Source of the DNA: Gammaproteobacteria bacterium
Lineage (GTDB): Bacteria; Pseudomonadota; Gammaproteobacteria; UBA4575
Direction: 5' to 3'
DNA length: 64,000 nucleotides
Assembly (NCBI GenBank): GCA_965222615.1
Contig: CBDCUI010000009.1
Location: 224,001-288,000 of the forward strand
The number at the start of each line of letters is the position of its first letter. The first letter of the stretch is position 1. The notes below the pieces were generated by a model. It ran no database searches, had not been told where the DNA came from, and worked only from the letters and a program-made list of their open reading frames with translations. The position numbers and the translations under genes were made by a program. Shown piece by piece: positions 31,312-39,837 of the stretch.

Positions 31312-32735
31312 TATATGGCCTCCCTCCGTTTGCAAGCAAAATATTCAATGACAAAGTAGAGTCGACTGCACACGTATATTCGGCCTCTATTGATAGCAAG
31401 CGCTATTGATAGCAAGCGTTGATGCTGGGCCAGGATGGTGTATTCGCACCTAAGCACCCAATCGCTATTACGTACTCGAAGTACCTGGACATTCACGGGT
31501 TACGCTTAGGTCGGTTCGACCGGTTTGCCATCTAATAAATTACTTTGCAATCGTGGTAGATAATCCTCTTAAGTGTAAGTACATGTAATTTCGTTAATTG
31601 TTTTATTTCACATAAGCGCAAAGTTCGGATCATATTCACTTTCATCTCGCAACATTGCAAATGCCATACGCACGGTTTTATTCGCCAGTGCGACAGCGGC
31701 CACATTCGTATGTTTGGTTTTAGAAAGATGCGTGACCCACTGACTCAATCGATCCTCTTTATGTTTCGCTTGCGAGACGACAGCCCTTGCTCCGTGAATG
31801 AGTAAGGTGCGCAGATAGGCATCGCCGCGTTTACTGATTTCCAGTAAACGCTCTTTATTGCCTGAACTGTGTTGTCTGGGGGTTAAGCCTAAGGCTGCCG
31901 CCATCTGGCGACTGCTCTTGTATTGTTTGGCATCGCCTACCGTGGCAATCAATGCTGTGGCCACCATCGGCCCGACCCCTCGTAGCTGTTGTAGACGCTT
32001 GGTGACTTCGTTTTGTTTGGCCTGTTGTTCAATCGTTTGATCAAGTTCTTTTACACGCGCATCTAATGTTAGTACGTCATGTTGAAGTCCCTGTAGTAAA
32101 GAACGAAAGTGTGGCGTTAAGCCATTCTCTCCGTCTTCTAACCAAGTCGGTATTGCAGCGCGTAATCGATGTAACTGTTGGGGTGCGACTAAGCCATATT
32201 CACTCACTAAGCCTCGAATCTGATTGGCTTTAGCGGTGCGTTGTTGCACCAAAGTATTACGCACACGATGCAGGGCCTGAATGTCTTGCTGTTCAATACT
32301 TTTGATCGTGACAAAGCGCATGTTGGGGCGACTCATGGCTTCGCAAATGGCTTCGGCATCGTTGGCATCATTCTTGTTGCTCTTTACATAAGGCTTTACA
32401 AACTGGGGTGCAATCAATTTCACCACATAGCCTCGTTGTTGTAATACACGAGCCCAGTGGTGTGCACCCGAACAGGCCTCCATGCCAATCTCACCACCCG
32501 GTTCAACATGCTCCACTAATACCTTAAGCCACTTGCTTCGAGATAAGCGTCGTTTGAATACGCACTTTCCCGTGCGATCCACCCCGTGTAGTTGAAAAAC
32601 ATGCTTTGCCAAATCCACACCCATGCGTGTAATCTTGTTCATGTATGGTCTCCTTTATTCAAAGTAACTGGTTCTATCGCTTCCAGTATGGGCACATTAC
32701 GATGCCGTTTAAAGTTGAGGGAGGCCATACCATTG
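31312..32735 (-). mobile_element. IS110/IS1111-type element B, copy 1
   Basis: IRs TATGGCCTCCC/GGGAGGCCATA; reconstructed target AATGTCCG|CTATTGGACGAAAGCAGACAT; has a 16-bp tandem duplication (CTATTGATAGCAAGCG) absent from copy 2. Confidence 0.9.
31608..32642 (-). CDS. IS110-family transposase
   Basis: GVDLAKHVFQ, MEACSGAH, KNDANDAEAI, GLTPRQHSSG. Confidence 0.95.
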   Translation of the reverse strand: MNKITRMGVDLAKHVFQLHGVDRTGKCVFKRRLSRSKWLKVLVEHVEPGGEIGMEACSGAHHWARVLQQRGYVVKLIAPQFVKPYVKSNKNDANDAEAICEAMSRPNMRFVTIKSIEQQDIQALHRVRNTLVQQRTAKANQIRGLVSEYGLVAPQQLHRLRAAIPTWLEDGENGLTPHFRSLLQGLQHDVLTLDARVKELDQTIEQQAKQNEVTKRLQQLRGVGPMVATALIATVGDAKQYKSSRQMAAALGLTPRQHSSGNKERLLEISKRGDAYLRTLLIHGARAVVSQAKHKEDRLSQWVTHLSKTKHTNVAAVALANKTVRMAFAMLRDESEYDPNFALM

Positions 32736-32816
32736 CTATTGGACGAAAGCAGACATAATTGAGGACAAATCAGGTTGGAATCAACAAACTACAAACATAA
32801 AATGACTGCTTACGAC

Positions 32817-34047
32817 TGCCGATTCAATTGATCACCGCAACACTTTATCTTAAGTAACAAAAAAGATGGAGTGTGAAGGATGGGCTATCGAACACGCATT
32901 TATTATAGCGAAGCACAAAAACAGGTGATGTGGGATCGCTGGCAGCAAGGTGATTCTCTCCACACTATTGCGCGCCTTTTTAATCGTGGGCACTCATCGA
33001 TACGACGGATACTTGCAGAAACAGGTGGCATTCGCCCTCCTCAACGAACACGATCAGGCTTCGCACTGACGTTATCGGAACGCGAAGAAATTTCTCGTGG
33101 ACTCGCACGGAATGTATCTTTGCGATCGATTGCTAAACAACTAAAGCGTTCACCTTCCACCATCAGTCGCGAGATTCAGCGCAATGGCGGCATTGCGACA
33201 TATCGCGCGAATGAAGCGGAACAAGCTGCGTGGGATCGGGCGCGCCGTCCTAAAACGTGTAAACTCGCTAGGAACAAAGACTTGTGTCATGCCGTAGCAA
33301 CCAAGTTGCAATTACATTGGTCGCCGGAGCAGATTGCGGGTTGGTTAAAACGCACCTATCCTAATGATGAGAGTAAGACCGTGTCGCATGAAACGATTTA
33401 TCGCAGTTTGTTCATTCAAGCCCGCGGAACCCTGAAAAAAGAGTTACTTGCGTATCTGCGCACGCAACGGACTTTACGTCAGTCAAAGAAAGCCAGTTTG
33501 AAAAACCAAGGCTTAGGTCAAATTAACCATGCGGTCTCCATTCGACAACGTCCGGCATCGGTGGAAGATCGTGCCGTACCGGGACATTGGGAAGGTGATC
33601 TCATTGCAGGCTCAAACAACAGTTATATTGCCACCTTGGTCGAACGACATACACGCTATGTCATGCTAGCCAAAGTAAAGAATAAAGACACGAAGAGTGT
33701 CATCAATGCACTTATCAAGCAAGCGAAGAAATTGCCGAATGAGCTCTACAAATCGTTAACCTGGGATCGCGGTAAAGAGATGGCCGATCATCAACGCTTT
33801 ACCTTAGCGACCGAAATCAAAGTCTACTTTTGCGATCCACAAAGTCCGTGGCAACGGGGTTCAAATGAAAATACAAATCTACTACTTAGACAGTACTTTC
33901 CAAAAGGAATGGACCTGTCTAACATTCATCAGAATCGATTGAATGCAGTAGCAAGACAATTAAACGAACGACCTAGGAAAACACTAGAATTTGAAACACC
34001 AGCAGAAAAATTTAACCAATGTGTTGCAGCGATCGGTTGAGATCGCA
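32817..34047 (+). mobile_element. IS30-family element with 2-bp TSD (AC), inserted in a palindrome
   Basis: IRs TGCCGATTCAATTGATCACCGCAACAC / GTGTTGCAGCGATCGGTTGAGATCGCA; reconstructed target TGACTGCTTACGACCCAAAGCGGACA. Confidence 0.9.
32880..34040 (+). CDS. IS30-family DDE transposase
   Basis: WSPEQI, SHETIY, GHWEGDL, TWDRGKEM, PWQRGSNENTN. Confidence 0.95.
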   Translation: MGYRTRIYYSEAQKQVMWDRWQQGDSLHTIARLFNRGHSSIRRILAETGGIRPPQRTRSGFALTLSEREEISRGLARNVSLRSIAKQLKRSPSTISREIQRNGGIATYRANEAEQAAWDRARRPKTCKLARNKDLCHAVATKLQLHWSPEQIAGWLKRTYPNDESKTVSHETIYRSLFIQARGTLKKELLAYLRTQRTLRQSKKASLKNQGLGQINHAVSIRQRPASVEDRAVPGHWEGDLIAGSNNSYIATLVERHTRYVMLAKVKNKDTKSVINALIKQAKKLPNELYKSLTWDRGKEMADHQRFTLATEIKVYFCDPQSPWQRGSNENTNLLLRQYFPKGMDLSNIHQNRLNAVARQLNERPRKTLEFETPAEKFNQCVAAIG

Positions 34048-34081
34048 ACCCAAAGCGGACATTTCTAACAATCATAAATAC

Positions 34082-34683
34082 ATGACTAAAACGAAAATAA
34101 TTGTATTAAGAATTTTAGCTATACTAGCTATAGTTGAAATACTAATTTTAGTATTCGCTGGATTTCAGCAAATATCGGGCACTAAAGAATTATTTGAAAG
34201 CTTTGAAGGTCCACTTCCACTAATAACAACTGTTTATCTAGTACATAAAAGTGTAGAAGAGGTTAGGCGAGATTCGCTTCGATATAAATATTGGATTCAA
34301 TTTCTGTTTGCTAAACTGGCGGTGTCCATATACTAAAACGAAAATAATTGTATTAAGAATTTTGCTATACTAGCTATAGTTGAAATACTAATTTTAATTC
34401 GCTGGATTTCAGCAAATATCGGGCACTAAAGAATTATTTGAAAGCTTTTCCACTTCCACTAATAACAACTGTTTATCTAGTCACGTATAAATATTGGATT
34501 CTACTGGCAATATTCCCTCTATTTATTTTTGTTAAATCGTTTAGGGAAAAATTTAAATCACGTAATTCATCAAGTCCATTTGTTTCGTTGCTTATTGCAT
34601 TTATTATTATTGGGATACTAATATTTGTAGGAATTATATTTGCAATGTATGCGCCTATTTGGGAATTGTCTAATAAGGCTTAA
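34082..34683 (+). pseudogene. Membrane-protein cassette with GspF/PilC-like motifs, interrupted by a scrambled duplication
   Basis: Joining 34082-34240 to 34481-34683 gives a contiguous protein of about 120 aa (...LFESFEGPLPLIT...IFAMYAPIWEL). The intervening DNA is IS110 end fragments plus an indel-ridden copy of the gene's 5' part. Confidence 0.5.
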
Positions 34684-34704
34684 GTGATGATATTTTTATG
34701 ACCG

Positions 34705-36112
34705 TATATGGCCTCCCTCCGTTTGCAAGCAAAATATTCAATGACAAAGTAGAGTCGACTGCACACGTATATTCGGCCTCTATTGATAGCAAGCGTTGAT
34801 GCTGGGCCAGGATGGTGTATTCGCACCTAAGCACCCAATCGCTATTACGTACTCGAAGTACCTGGACATTCACGGGTTACGCTTAGGTCGGTTCGACCGG
34901 TTTGCCATCTAATAAATTACTTTGCAATCGTGGTAGATAATCCTCTTAAGTGTAAGTACATGTAATTTCGTTAATTGTTTTATTTCACATAAGCGCAAAG
35001 TTCGGATCATATTCACTTTCATCTCGCAACATTGCAAATGCCATACGCACGGTTTTATTCGCCAGTGCGACAGCGGCCACATTCGTATGTTTGGTTTTAG
35101 AAAGATGCGTGACCCACTGACTCAATCGATCCTCTTTATGTTTCGCTTGCGAGACGACAGCCCTTGCTCCGTGAATGAGTAAGGTGCGCAGATAGGCATC
35201 GCCGCGTTTACTGATTTCCAGTAAACGCTCTTTATTGCCTGAACTGTGTTGTCTGGGGGTTAAGCCTAAGGCTGCCGCCATCTGGCGACTGCTCTTGTAT
35301 TGTTTGGCATCGCCTACCGTGGCAATCAATGCTGTGGCCACCATCGGCCCGACCCCTCGTAGCTGTTGTAGACGCTTGGTGACTTCGTTTTGTTTGGCCT
35401 GTTGTTCAATCGTTTGATCAAGTTCTTTTACACGCGCATCTAATGTTAGTACGTCATGTTGAAGTCCCTGTAGTAAAGAACGAAAGTGTGGCGTTAAGCC
35501 ATTCTCTCCGTCTTCTAACCAAGTCGGTATTGCAGCGCGTAATCGATGTAACTGTTGGGGTGCGACTAAGCCATATTCACTCACTAAGCCTCGAATCTGA
35601 TTGGCTTTAGCGGTGCGTTGTTGCACCAAAGTATTACGCACACGATGCAGGGCCTGAATGTCTTGCTGTTCAATACTTTTGATCGTGACAAAGCGCATGT
35701 TGGGGCGACTCATGGCTTCGCAAATGGCTTCGGCATCGTTGGCATCATTCTTGTTGCTCTTTACATAAGGCTTTACAAACTGGGGTGCAATCAATTTCAC
35801 CACATAGCCTCGTTGTTGTAATACACGAGCCCAGTGGTGTGCACCCGAACAGGCCTCCATGCCAATCTCACCACCCGGTTCAACATGCTCCACTAATACC
35901 TTAAGCCACTTGCTTCGAGATAAGCGTCGTTTGAATACGCACTTTCCCGTGCGATCCACCCCGTGTAGTTGAAAAACATGCTTTGCCAAATCCACACCCA
36001 TGCGTGTAATCTTGTTCATGTATGGTCTCCTTTATTCAAAGTAACTGGTTCTATCGCTTCCAGTATGGGCACATTACGATGCCGTTTAAAGTTGAGGGAG
36101 GCCATACCATTG
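34705..36112 (-). mobile_element. IS110/IS1111-type element B, copy 2
   Basis: Transposase identical to copy 1; reconstructed target TATGACCG|CTATTGGCCGAAAGCGGACAT. Confidence 0.9.
34985..36019 (-). CDS. IS110-family transposase
   Basis: Protein identical to that of 31608-32642. Confidence 0.95.
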   Translation of the reverse strand: MNKITRMGVDLAKHVFQLHGVDRTGKCVFKRRLSRSKWLKVLVEHVEPGGEIGMEACSGAHHWARVLQQRGYVVKLIAPQFVKPYVKSNKNDANDAEAICEAMSRPNMRFVTIKSIEQQDIQALHRVRNTLVQQRTAKANQIRGLVSEYGLVAPQQLHRLRAAIPTWLEDGENGLTPHFRSLLQGLQHDVLTLDARVKELDQTIEQQAKQNEVTKRLQQLRGVGPMVATALIATVGDAKQYKSSRQMAAALGLTPRQHSSGNKERLLEISKRGDAYLRTLLIHGARAVVSQAKHKEDRLSQWVTHLSKTKHTNVAAVALANKTVRMAFAMLRDESEYDPNFALM

Positions 36113-36163
36113 CTATTGGCCGAAAGCGGACATCAAGGTTAGCCAATGAAGAGAATAGGGCGC

Positions 36164-36187
36164 GTTAACTTTTTAATAATAGTTGGG
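36164..36187 (+). other. 24-bp site s2 (GTTAACTTTT taat AATAGTTGGG), the empty allele
   Basis: Left arm and spacer match s4; right arm and downstream sequence match s3. Confidence 0.65.
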
Positions 36188-36235
36188 GAGTCATAGATTG
36201 GCCGAGAGGGGATTTATATAGTTCTTTATTTTATA

Positions 36236-36652
36236 ATGTATGAATGGGAATTAATGCTGCTAAAAAAACGTGCCAAAGAACGTGGTCGAATTGCTAGGCA
36301 AGAGCTCTTACTGGCCGACGGTGGCTGCATTAGTGCCGCGGATGCTGCAAAGCAACTGGGAATCACGGAGGTAGAGCTTGAGAGAATCCGTAGTTCTAAT
36401 CAGTTATTGGCTGTTGATGTTGATAGCAAGTTTCAATATCCGATTTGGCAATTCGAGGGAGCAAATTTAGTTCCCGGATTACAAGAAATATTAGAAATAC
36501 TTGGCGATGATGATCCGTGGTCGAATTTCATCTTTTTGTTGGGTCACGACTATGCAGTAGATGGATGTCGTCCAATCGACAAACTTCGTGTAGGTGATAT
36601 TGATTCAGTCAAACGCGCTGCACATACGTACGGTCATCATGGTGCAGTTTAA
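36236..36652 (+). CDS. HTH + Xre/MbcA/ParS-like antitoxin-type protein (left copy)
   Basis: AADAAKQLGIT HTH, YPIWQF, DGCRPIDKL. Comparison with the right copy suggests a true start at 36244 and an extra A in an A7 run. Confidence 0.6.
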   Translation: MYEWELMLLKKRAKERGRIARQELLLADGGCISAADAAKQLGITEVELERIRSSNQLLAVDVDSKFQYPIWQFEGANLVPGLQEILEILGDDDPWSNFIFLLGHDYAVDGCRPIDKLRVGDIDSVKRAAHTYGHHGAV

Positions 36653-36675
36653 ATAAAGCAAATAATAGGTAATTT

Positions 36676-36858
36676 ATAAACAATTCAATTCAACGCATAC
36701 CTGGAATTGCTGGAAGCAAACCATTGCTCAAGTGTGTATGCGTCCCCACAAAAATAATTGCAGAGCGATTTAAAGCCGGCGAATCAATTAGTGCGCTTGC
36801 AGTGGACTATGGTTGTAGGAACACAGAAATAGAAGAAGCGATTAGATTCGAACTTTAG
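36676..36858 (+). CDS. DUF433-like small protein (no canonical start codon visible)
   Basis: IQRIPGIAGSKP...IIAERFKAGESISALAVDYG...IEEAIRFEL; the diverged mirror copy keeps the frame with many synonymous changes. Confidence 0.55.
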   Translation: MNNSIQRIPGIAGSKPLLKCVCVPTKIIAERFKAGESISALAVDYGCRNTEIEEAIRFEL

Positions 36859-36879
36859 TCACAAATCTCCCGAAATAAA

Positions 36880-36992
36880 CCTGAATTCCAGGTACTTACT
36901 TTTACTCCCGAACTTACACTCAAGTACCGAATTTTACTCCTGGGGGACTGATGTTTACTCCCGAAAAGTGCTGGGTATTACTAGGAATTACA
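36880..36992 (-). repeat. Tn7-like transposon end (terminal TGT plus tandem TnsB-type binding sites)
   Basis: Reverse complement reads TGTAATTCCTAGTAATACC followed by several GGAGTAAA repeats; homologous to the end at 37110. Confidence 0.8.
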
Positions 36993-37037
36993 ATAGTCTC
37001 GAACCGATAAGGTGATTAACCATCTGGTTAATCGTTT

Positions 37038-37065
37038 TCTTAACATAATATATATTATGCGAAGT
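37038..37065 (-). other. dif: XerC/XerD dif site
   Basis: Minus strand ACTTCGCATAA-TATATA-TTATGTTAAGA has the 11-6-11 layout and matches the dif consensus (E. coli GGTGCGCATAA TGTATA TTATGTTAAAT). Confidence 0.88.
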
Positions 37066-37244
37066 TAAATATGTGGGTGCCTAATAGAATTTGACGTCTC
37101 TTAAACATGTGTGATTCTTAGTAAAACCAAGCACTTTTCAGGACTAAAAGTCAGTACTTCAGGAGTAAAACTAAGTACTTGAGTAATTAATAAGACTAAA
37201 ACTAGATACCTGAATTCATGATCTATTTCTAAAGATTTGTGACT

Positions 37245-37427
37245 TTAAAGTTCGAATCTGATGGCTTCTTCGATATAAGAGTCTTTACAGCCGTAATCCA
37301 TAGCCAGCTCAGTAATCGATTCGCCGGCTTTAAATCGCTCTGCAATTATTTTTGTGGGGACGCATACACACTTGAGCAATGGTTTGCTTCCAGCAATTCC
37401 AGGTATGCGTTGAATTGAATTGTTTAT
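37245..37427 (-). CDS. DUF433-like small protein (mirror copy)
   Basis: ...AGESITELAMDYGCKDSYIEEAIRFEL*; homologous to 36676-36858. Confidence 0.55.
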   Translation of the reverse strand: MNNSIQRIPGIAGSKPLLKCVCVPTKIIAERFKAGESITELAMDYGCKDSYIEEAIRFEL

Positions 37428-37450
37428 AAATTACCTATTATTTGCTTTAT

Positions 37451-37858
37451 TTAAACTGCACCATGATGACCGTACGTATGTGCAGCGCGTTTGACTGAAT
37501 CAATATCACCTACACGAAGTTTGTCGATTGGACGACATCCATCTACTGCATAGTCGTGACCCAACAAAAAGATGAAATTCGACCACGGATCATCATCGCC
37601 AAGTATTTCTAATATTTCTTGTAATCCGGGAACTAAATTTGCTCCCTCGAATTGCCAAATCGGATATTGAAACTTGCTATCAACATCAACAGCCAATAAC
37701 TGATTAGAACTACGGATTCTCTCAAGCTCTACCTCCGTGATTCCCAGTTGCTTTGCAGCATCTGCGGCATTAACGCAGCCACCGTCGACTAGCAAAAGTT
37801 CTTGTCTGGCTATTCGACCACGTTCTTTAACACGCTTTTCTGCAGCACTAATTCCCAT
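37451..37858 (-). CDS. HTH + Xre/MbcA/ParS-like antitoxin-type protein (right copy)
   Basis: Near-identical to 36236-36652, with an intact N-terminus. Confidence 0.65.
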   Translation of the reverse strand: MGISAAEKRVKERGRIARQELLLVDGGCVNAADAAKQLGITEVELERIRSSNQLLAVDVDSKFQYPIWQFEGANLVPGLQEILEILGDDDPWSNFIFLLGHDYAVDGCRPIDKLRVGDIDSVKRAAHTYGHHGAV

Positions 37859-37910
37859 CTCAGTATTATAAAGAATTAATCAAGTCCCCTCTTCGTTGTA
37901 TGTATCACTC

Positions 37911-37934
37911 CCCAACTATTGCACAAAAGATGGG
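37911..37934 (-). other. 24-bp site s3 (CCCATCTTTT gtgc AATAGTTGGG), junction of the recombinase module
   Basis: Right arm and continuation AATAGTTGGGGAGT are identical to s2. Confidence 0.65.
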
Positions 37935-38055
37935 GAGCGAATCATACATATTAACTATCTGTTTTATAATAATATTTTCAATTATTTTGTTGAAAAAATA
38001 ACATAACTAGAGTAAATTTCTCACCAACTTTTTGAGTAATAGATAAATAGTTGGT

Positions 38056-38706
38056 ATGTTAGAAACATCAACATCCGAAGTGAAAAACTTCAATCACCCA
38101 GCTCCTGGGTCGACCATAAAAGTCGAACCAATTCGAACTGTTCAAGCGATTCACAAAATTAAAACCATGCTTGAACCTAATCCGCGTAACTATTGTTTAT
38201 TCGTTCTTGGGATTAATACCGCATTTCGAGCTTCTGAATTACTTTCAATAAAGATTGGACAGGTTAAATATTTAAATCCAGGAGATCGGTTAGAAGTTAA
38301 ACAACCAAAAACGAAAAAGTATCGATCCGTGACAATCAATCAGTCAGCTCATGATGCGATACGTCGATTAATTATAGAAAAAGATATAGAAGCTCTCAAA
38401 AAAAGAAACTTGAATATCTCTGATGACGATGCATTTCTATTTACTGGCCAACGCGGATCGTCAGCTCTTAAGGTTTCAACTTTAAACAATATGGTTAAGG
38501 ATTGGTGTAGAAAAGTTAATCTGAAAGGTAATTTTGGTAGTCACACTCTACGAAAAACCTGGGGATTTATGCAGCGCAAGAAGCAAGACACCCCTATTCC
38601 TTTATTGATGCAAGCATTAGGTCATGCAACTCAAAGACAGACTATGGAATATTTATGCATTCAAGAAAAAGAAATTGAGAATGTTTATACAGCAATGGAA
38701 CTATAG
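38056..38706 (+). CDS. Small (catalytic-domain) tyrosine recombinase
   Basis: Catalytic residues present: R (NTAFRASELL), K (QPKTKK), HxxR (SHTLRKT), H (LGH), Y (TMEYL). Confidence 0.9.
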   Translation: MLETSTSEVKNFNHPAPGSTIKVEPIRTVQAIHKIKTMLEPNPRNYCLFVLGINTAFRASELLSIKIGQVKYLNPGDRLEVKQPKTKKYRSVTINQSAHDAIRRLIIEKDIEALKKRNLNISDDDAFLFTGQRGSSALKVSTLNNMVKDWCRKVNLKGNFGSHTLRKTWGFMQRKKQDTPIPLLMQALGHATQRQTMEYLCIQEKEIENVYTAMEL

Positions 38707-38827
38707 TAGTGGCTAGGATTTATACAACCTTTCAAAGCTATATATTATTCTATGATGTATCCATATACTTTATATAGAATAATGTTACGTTTACTCCTAA
38801 TGGTGGTGCGCATAATGAGGGTTAAAA

Positions 38828-39832
38828 ATGGCACACGGTAGATTGCTCAGACAACTCATTCGTGCTGGTGTTAATGCGCCCGGAGAAGAATTTCGTGAGG
38901 TAGCCGAAAAGGTTATTCGCGAAGAACGTGAAAAAAAACATCATTTACTAGCTAATGATCTAGAACGGATTCTGTACGGCGAAAGTAATGATGAAGCACG
39001 TACCCTCTTACCACTATCGCTACCTGAAGTGCCAAAGGATCGAGAGCGACATATACCACTTTTAGAAATTCGCGAACCAGTTCGTTCTTTCGCAGACATT
39101 GTTCTTACCAAAGACAACCGTGAGATACTCGAACATGTTTTGCAAGAACAGGGACGGCGTGATGTGCTTGGCTCTTATGGTTTGAAACCTGCCAATCGTT
39201 TACTATTCTGCGGGCCACCTGGATGTGGAAAGACCTTAGCTGCAGAAGTATTAGCGACCGAGCTTGGTTTACCACTACTCTTAGTGCGCTTTGATGCGGT
39301 TGTGTCATCCTATCTTGGTGAAACTGCAGCAAATTTACGAAAAGTGTTTCAGTACCTTGAAACTGGACGTTATGTTGTTTTGTTTGATGAGTTTGATGCG
39401 ATAGCAAAAGATCGTGCGGACGCATCTGAGCATGGTGAATTACGAAGGGTTGTAAATGCATATCTGCAAATGATGGATAGCTATCGTGGCAATTGTTTGT
39501 TACTTGCCGCATCAAACCATGAAGGTTTACTTGATAAAGCCCTTTGGCGACGATTTGATGAAGTACTTTTCTATCGTCGCCCAACAACAGAAGAAATTAT
39601 TGATTTGGTTGCTGTAAAACTTCGAGGTATTCGCTATAACTTTGAAACAGAAAACGAACCGACTATCGCTAACTTCAATGGGATGGCGCACGCTGACATT
39701 GAGCGTGTATTGATCCGCGCAATTAAACATATGATCTTATCGGGTCGTGAATTTTTAAGCACTGACCACATCGCACTTGCCCTAGAACGAGAACGGGAAA
39801 GACGATCTGTCGCTGAACATAAGTCGATTTAA
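38828..39832 (+). CDS. AAA+ ATPase (IetA-like partner of an S8 protease)
   Basis: GPPGCGKT, SSYLGETAANL, LFDEFDAI, LDKALWRRFD. Confidence 0.85.
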   Translation: MAHGRLLRQLIRAGVNAPGEEFREVAEKVIREEREKKHHLLANDLERILYGESNDEARTLLPLSLPEVPKDRERHIPLLEIREPVRSFADIVLTKDNREILEHVLQEQGRRDVLGSYGLKPANRLLFCGPPGCGKTLAAEVLATELGLPLLLVRFDAVVSSYLGETAANLRKVFQYLETGRYVVLFDEFDAIAKDRADASEHGELRRVVNAYLQMMDSYRGNCLLLAASNHEGLLDKALWRRFDEVLFYRRPTTEEIIDLVAVKLRGIRYNFETENEPTIANFNGMAHADIERVLIRAIKHMILSGREFLSTDHIALALERERERRSVAEHKSI

Positions 39833-39837
39833 CAGTA

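Larger units (their letters stand above)
29654..36992. mobile_element. Truncated Tn7-like element left of dif: one end plus cargo, no tns genes
   Basis: Terminus ...GGTATTACTAGGAATTACA at 36992 with repeated TTTACTCC sites. Blocks 29657-29714, 36118-36187 and about 36180-36992 are inverted homologues of parts of the right-hand transposon. Confidence 0.75.

Noticed and set aside
29699-36133. Classical integron
   Set aside because: No IntI gene (the 216-aa recombinase is too short and shows no IntI-specific insertion), and the palindromes lack attC core-site ends.
37038-37065. XerCD-mediated (IMEX or pdif-module) integration of the elements
   Set aside because: I saw only one dif site, it is intact, and the right element has its own TGT/ACA ends and a 5-bp TSD, which indicates DDE transposition.
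36890-37210. Short repeated TTTACTCC/GGAGTAAA motifs as a CRISPR array or iterons
   Set aside because: They are irregularly spaced, lie just inside TGT-terminated ends and have no unique spacers. They fit TnsB-binding sites, and no cas genes are present, so the element is not a CAST.
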